Assembly (NCBI GenBank): GCA_023511535.1
Contig: JAIMBK010000003.1
Span: 25,471 to 89,470, forward strand
Direction: 5' to 3'
Origin: Armatimonadota bacterium
GTDB lineage: Bacteria; Bacillota; Desulfotomaculia; Desulfotomaculales; Nap2-2B
DNA length: 64,000 nucleotides
This document shows, one piece after another, positions 62,789 through 64,000 of this stretch (within the stretch, counting starts at the first letter, position 1; every line of letters begins with the position of its first letter). The notes under the pieces are model-generated. The model was not told the DNA's origin. It saw only the letters and a list, made by a program, of their open reading frames with translations, and did not search any database. The position numbers and the translations under genes were made by a program.

Positions 62789-63820
62789 AATGGTTTCCTT
62801 TAGATGTAAAATCTGCTGGGCGCGGCGGACCACAGGAAGCTCCACCATTTTGCCTTCCAGCTGGATTACTCCGGCGCCGGCGGCCTGCGCCTGCGCGAAA
62901 GCAGCCACCACCTTTTTCGCCCATTCCACTTCGGCGGGCGACGGGTTAAACACCTCGTTGACCGGCCTCACCTGCGCCGGGTGAATCACCAGTTTGCCCT
63001 GGAAGCCCAGTTGTTTGACCCGTTTGACCTCCTCGACGAGTGCCGGAATGTTCCGGAAGTCCGGGTTCACCGTATCCAGGGGCGGGGCAATGCCGGCGAG
63101 ACGCGAAGCCGTCACCAGGCGGCAGCGCGCGTAGAACTGTTCCGCCCCTTCCGGGGAGTAGGTGGTGCCGATGTCCATGGTGTAATCGTTGCCGCCGAAA
63201 GCCAGGCACCACACCCGGGCGCACGCCCCGGCGATCTCCGCGGCCTGCTCGATGCCCCGGGCGCTCTCAACAAAGGGAATGATCACCAGGCGGCCCGGCG
63301 CGATTCCCTTTTCCCGTTCCAGGAGGCCCAGCAGCCAGTCGGCGCGCCGCACCTCTTCGCCGGATTCCGCCTTCGCCAGCATGATTCCTTCGATGGGCAA
63401 ATCCACGACCGCTTCCAGGTCCTTTAAGATATGAGGCGAAGAAACCGCGTTCACCCGGACAAAAACAGGAACCCGGCGCTGATCCCTGCATGAGCCGCTG
63501 CCCGGGTCCTGGCCCCCGCTTCCGAATGGCTCTCCAGCAGGGCTTCCGTCCAGAGTCCCGGGCGATTCCCCCGATGATGCTCCCCCTGCCGGGCTTTCGG
63601 GTGCTCCTCCGGCCTTACTCCGGTCCGAACTCCCGGATGGGCCCCCGGCGGCGGCTCCCGCCAAAACTTCTCTTACCGTTTGCCTGGCGGCGTCCTTTTT
63701 TTCGGGAGCGACGGCGTCCTCCAGGTCTAAAACCACGGCGTCCGCCCCGGCGGCAAAAGCCTTGCCGGCCTTTTTCCGGTCGTCCCCCGGCGCAAAAAGC
63801 ACGGAACGAAATATTTTCAC
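62768..63820 (-). CDS. HpcH/HpaI-CitE family CoA-ester lyase (citrate lyase beta-like) with low-complexity insert
   Basis: RSVLFAPGDD...DAVVLDLEDAV...PFVESARG...VIHPAQV. GTG 63820 follows AAGGTGG (the ORF track extends to 63841). 3' end overlaps crp-2 by 21 nt. Confidence 0.8.
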   Translation of the reverse strand: MKIFRSVLFAPGDDRKKAGKAFAAGADAVVLDLEDAVAPEKKDAARQTVREVLAGAAAGGPSGSSDRSKAGGAPESPAGGASSGESPGTLDGSPAGEPFGSGGQDPGSGSCRDQRRVPVFVRVNAVSSPHILKDLEAVVDLPIEGIMLAKAESGEEVRRADWLLGLLEREKGIAPGRLVIIPFVESARGIEQAAEIAGACARVWCLAFGGNDYTMDIGTTYSPEGAEQFYARCRLVTASRLAGIAPPLDTVNPDFRNIPALVEEVKRVKQLGFQGKLVIHPAQVRPVNEVFNPSPAEVEWAKKVVAAFAQAQAAGAGVIQLEGKMVELPVVRRAQQILHLKETILNNPSG

Positions 63821-63942
63821 GGCATCAACCCACCTTACCAATCCAACGCTTTTAAGACTATTTCAAAAGAGTTTCTCGAGAGAACTTACGTTTTCTCCAA
63901 ACATTAAGGATGAAAAACAGTCATTTCCATCAAGAATATTTA

Positions 63943-63962
63943 CCCTCAATCCCTAATCCCTG
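63943..63962 (+). repeat. Heptamer tract copy H13 at the window edge
   Basis: CCCTCAATCCC TAATCCC TG then tatttaat..., presumably 5' of a + strand gene beyond nt 64000. Confidence 0.7.
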
Positions 63963-64000
63963 TATTTAATATTCTTCCTGCGTCCTCTGGATTCCTTCTG

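Noticed and set aside
1-64000. tRNA, rRNA, IS elements, integrases, prophage genes, CRISPR-cas
   Set aside because: I recognised none on either strand. No cloverleaf-like conserved boxes appear in the intergenic gaps, and there are no transposase- or integrase-like ORFs. The only accessory-looking segments are the R-M islet, the TA pair and the AT-rich methyltransferase.

Overview
The window reads as chromosomal DNA from a GC-rich, spore-forming anaerobic Firmicute. A Peptococcaceae or Syntrophomonadaceae-like Clostridium is my inference from gene content alone; no search was run. I support about 62 protein-coding genes and found no rRNA, tRNA, CRISPR array or transposase.

Gene content, in order:
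- NitT/TauT-type ABC transporter (1-2628)
- RNA and other methyltransferases, and a HEAT/SEC-C protein
- Aryl-acid module: paaK-ACT (7655-9411), then dctPQM-iorAB-paaK (12243-19032), with ftsK on the opposite strand between them
- aroF-pheA behind a T-box leader
- ilvD
- ICM-type B12 acyl-CoA mutase, preceded by an activase plus two dehydratase-like genes
- Spore and cell-wall genes: GH18 hydrolase, DUF1657, SASP, gpr
- hsp20, nudF, minC
- GalT-like gene plus glgA
- etfBA, thiolase and crotonase
- ribD-E-BA-H, followed by a ParE/antitoxin pair
- NAPRTase, rpmB
- AT-rich methyltransferase plus broken nuclease island
- rsmD-coaD, ctaB
- Cassette of TauE-like permease, small membrane protein and DUF169 protein, flanked by two paralogous Crp/Fnr regulators
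- CitE-like lyase

Observations most worth follow-up:
1. A strictly 5-nt-phased (G/U)AG triplet array plus an intrinsic terminator sits in the leader of the dctPQM-iorAB-paaK operon. It resembles a binding site for MtrB, the trp RNA-binding attenuation protein.
2. A dispersed family of (YAAYYCC)n-TG heptamer tracts occurs at least 13 times. Most copies lie just 5' of Shine-Dalgarno sequences.
3. A second dispersed family is built from GGCACAAAG / CTTTGTGCC inverted-repeat clusters.
4. A complete T-box is followed by a second antiterminator/terminator module that has no Stem I.
5. The R-M islet is bracketed by a 12-bp direct repeat, and its nuclease gene is frame-disrupted.
6. The Crp-flanked membrane/DUF169 cassette has no assigned function.

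All functional calls come from reading the translated ORFs and from motif recall. No database search was run.
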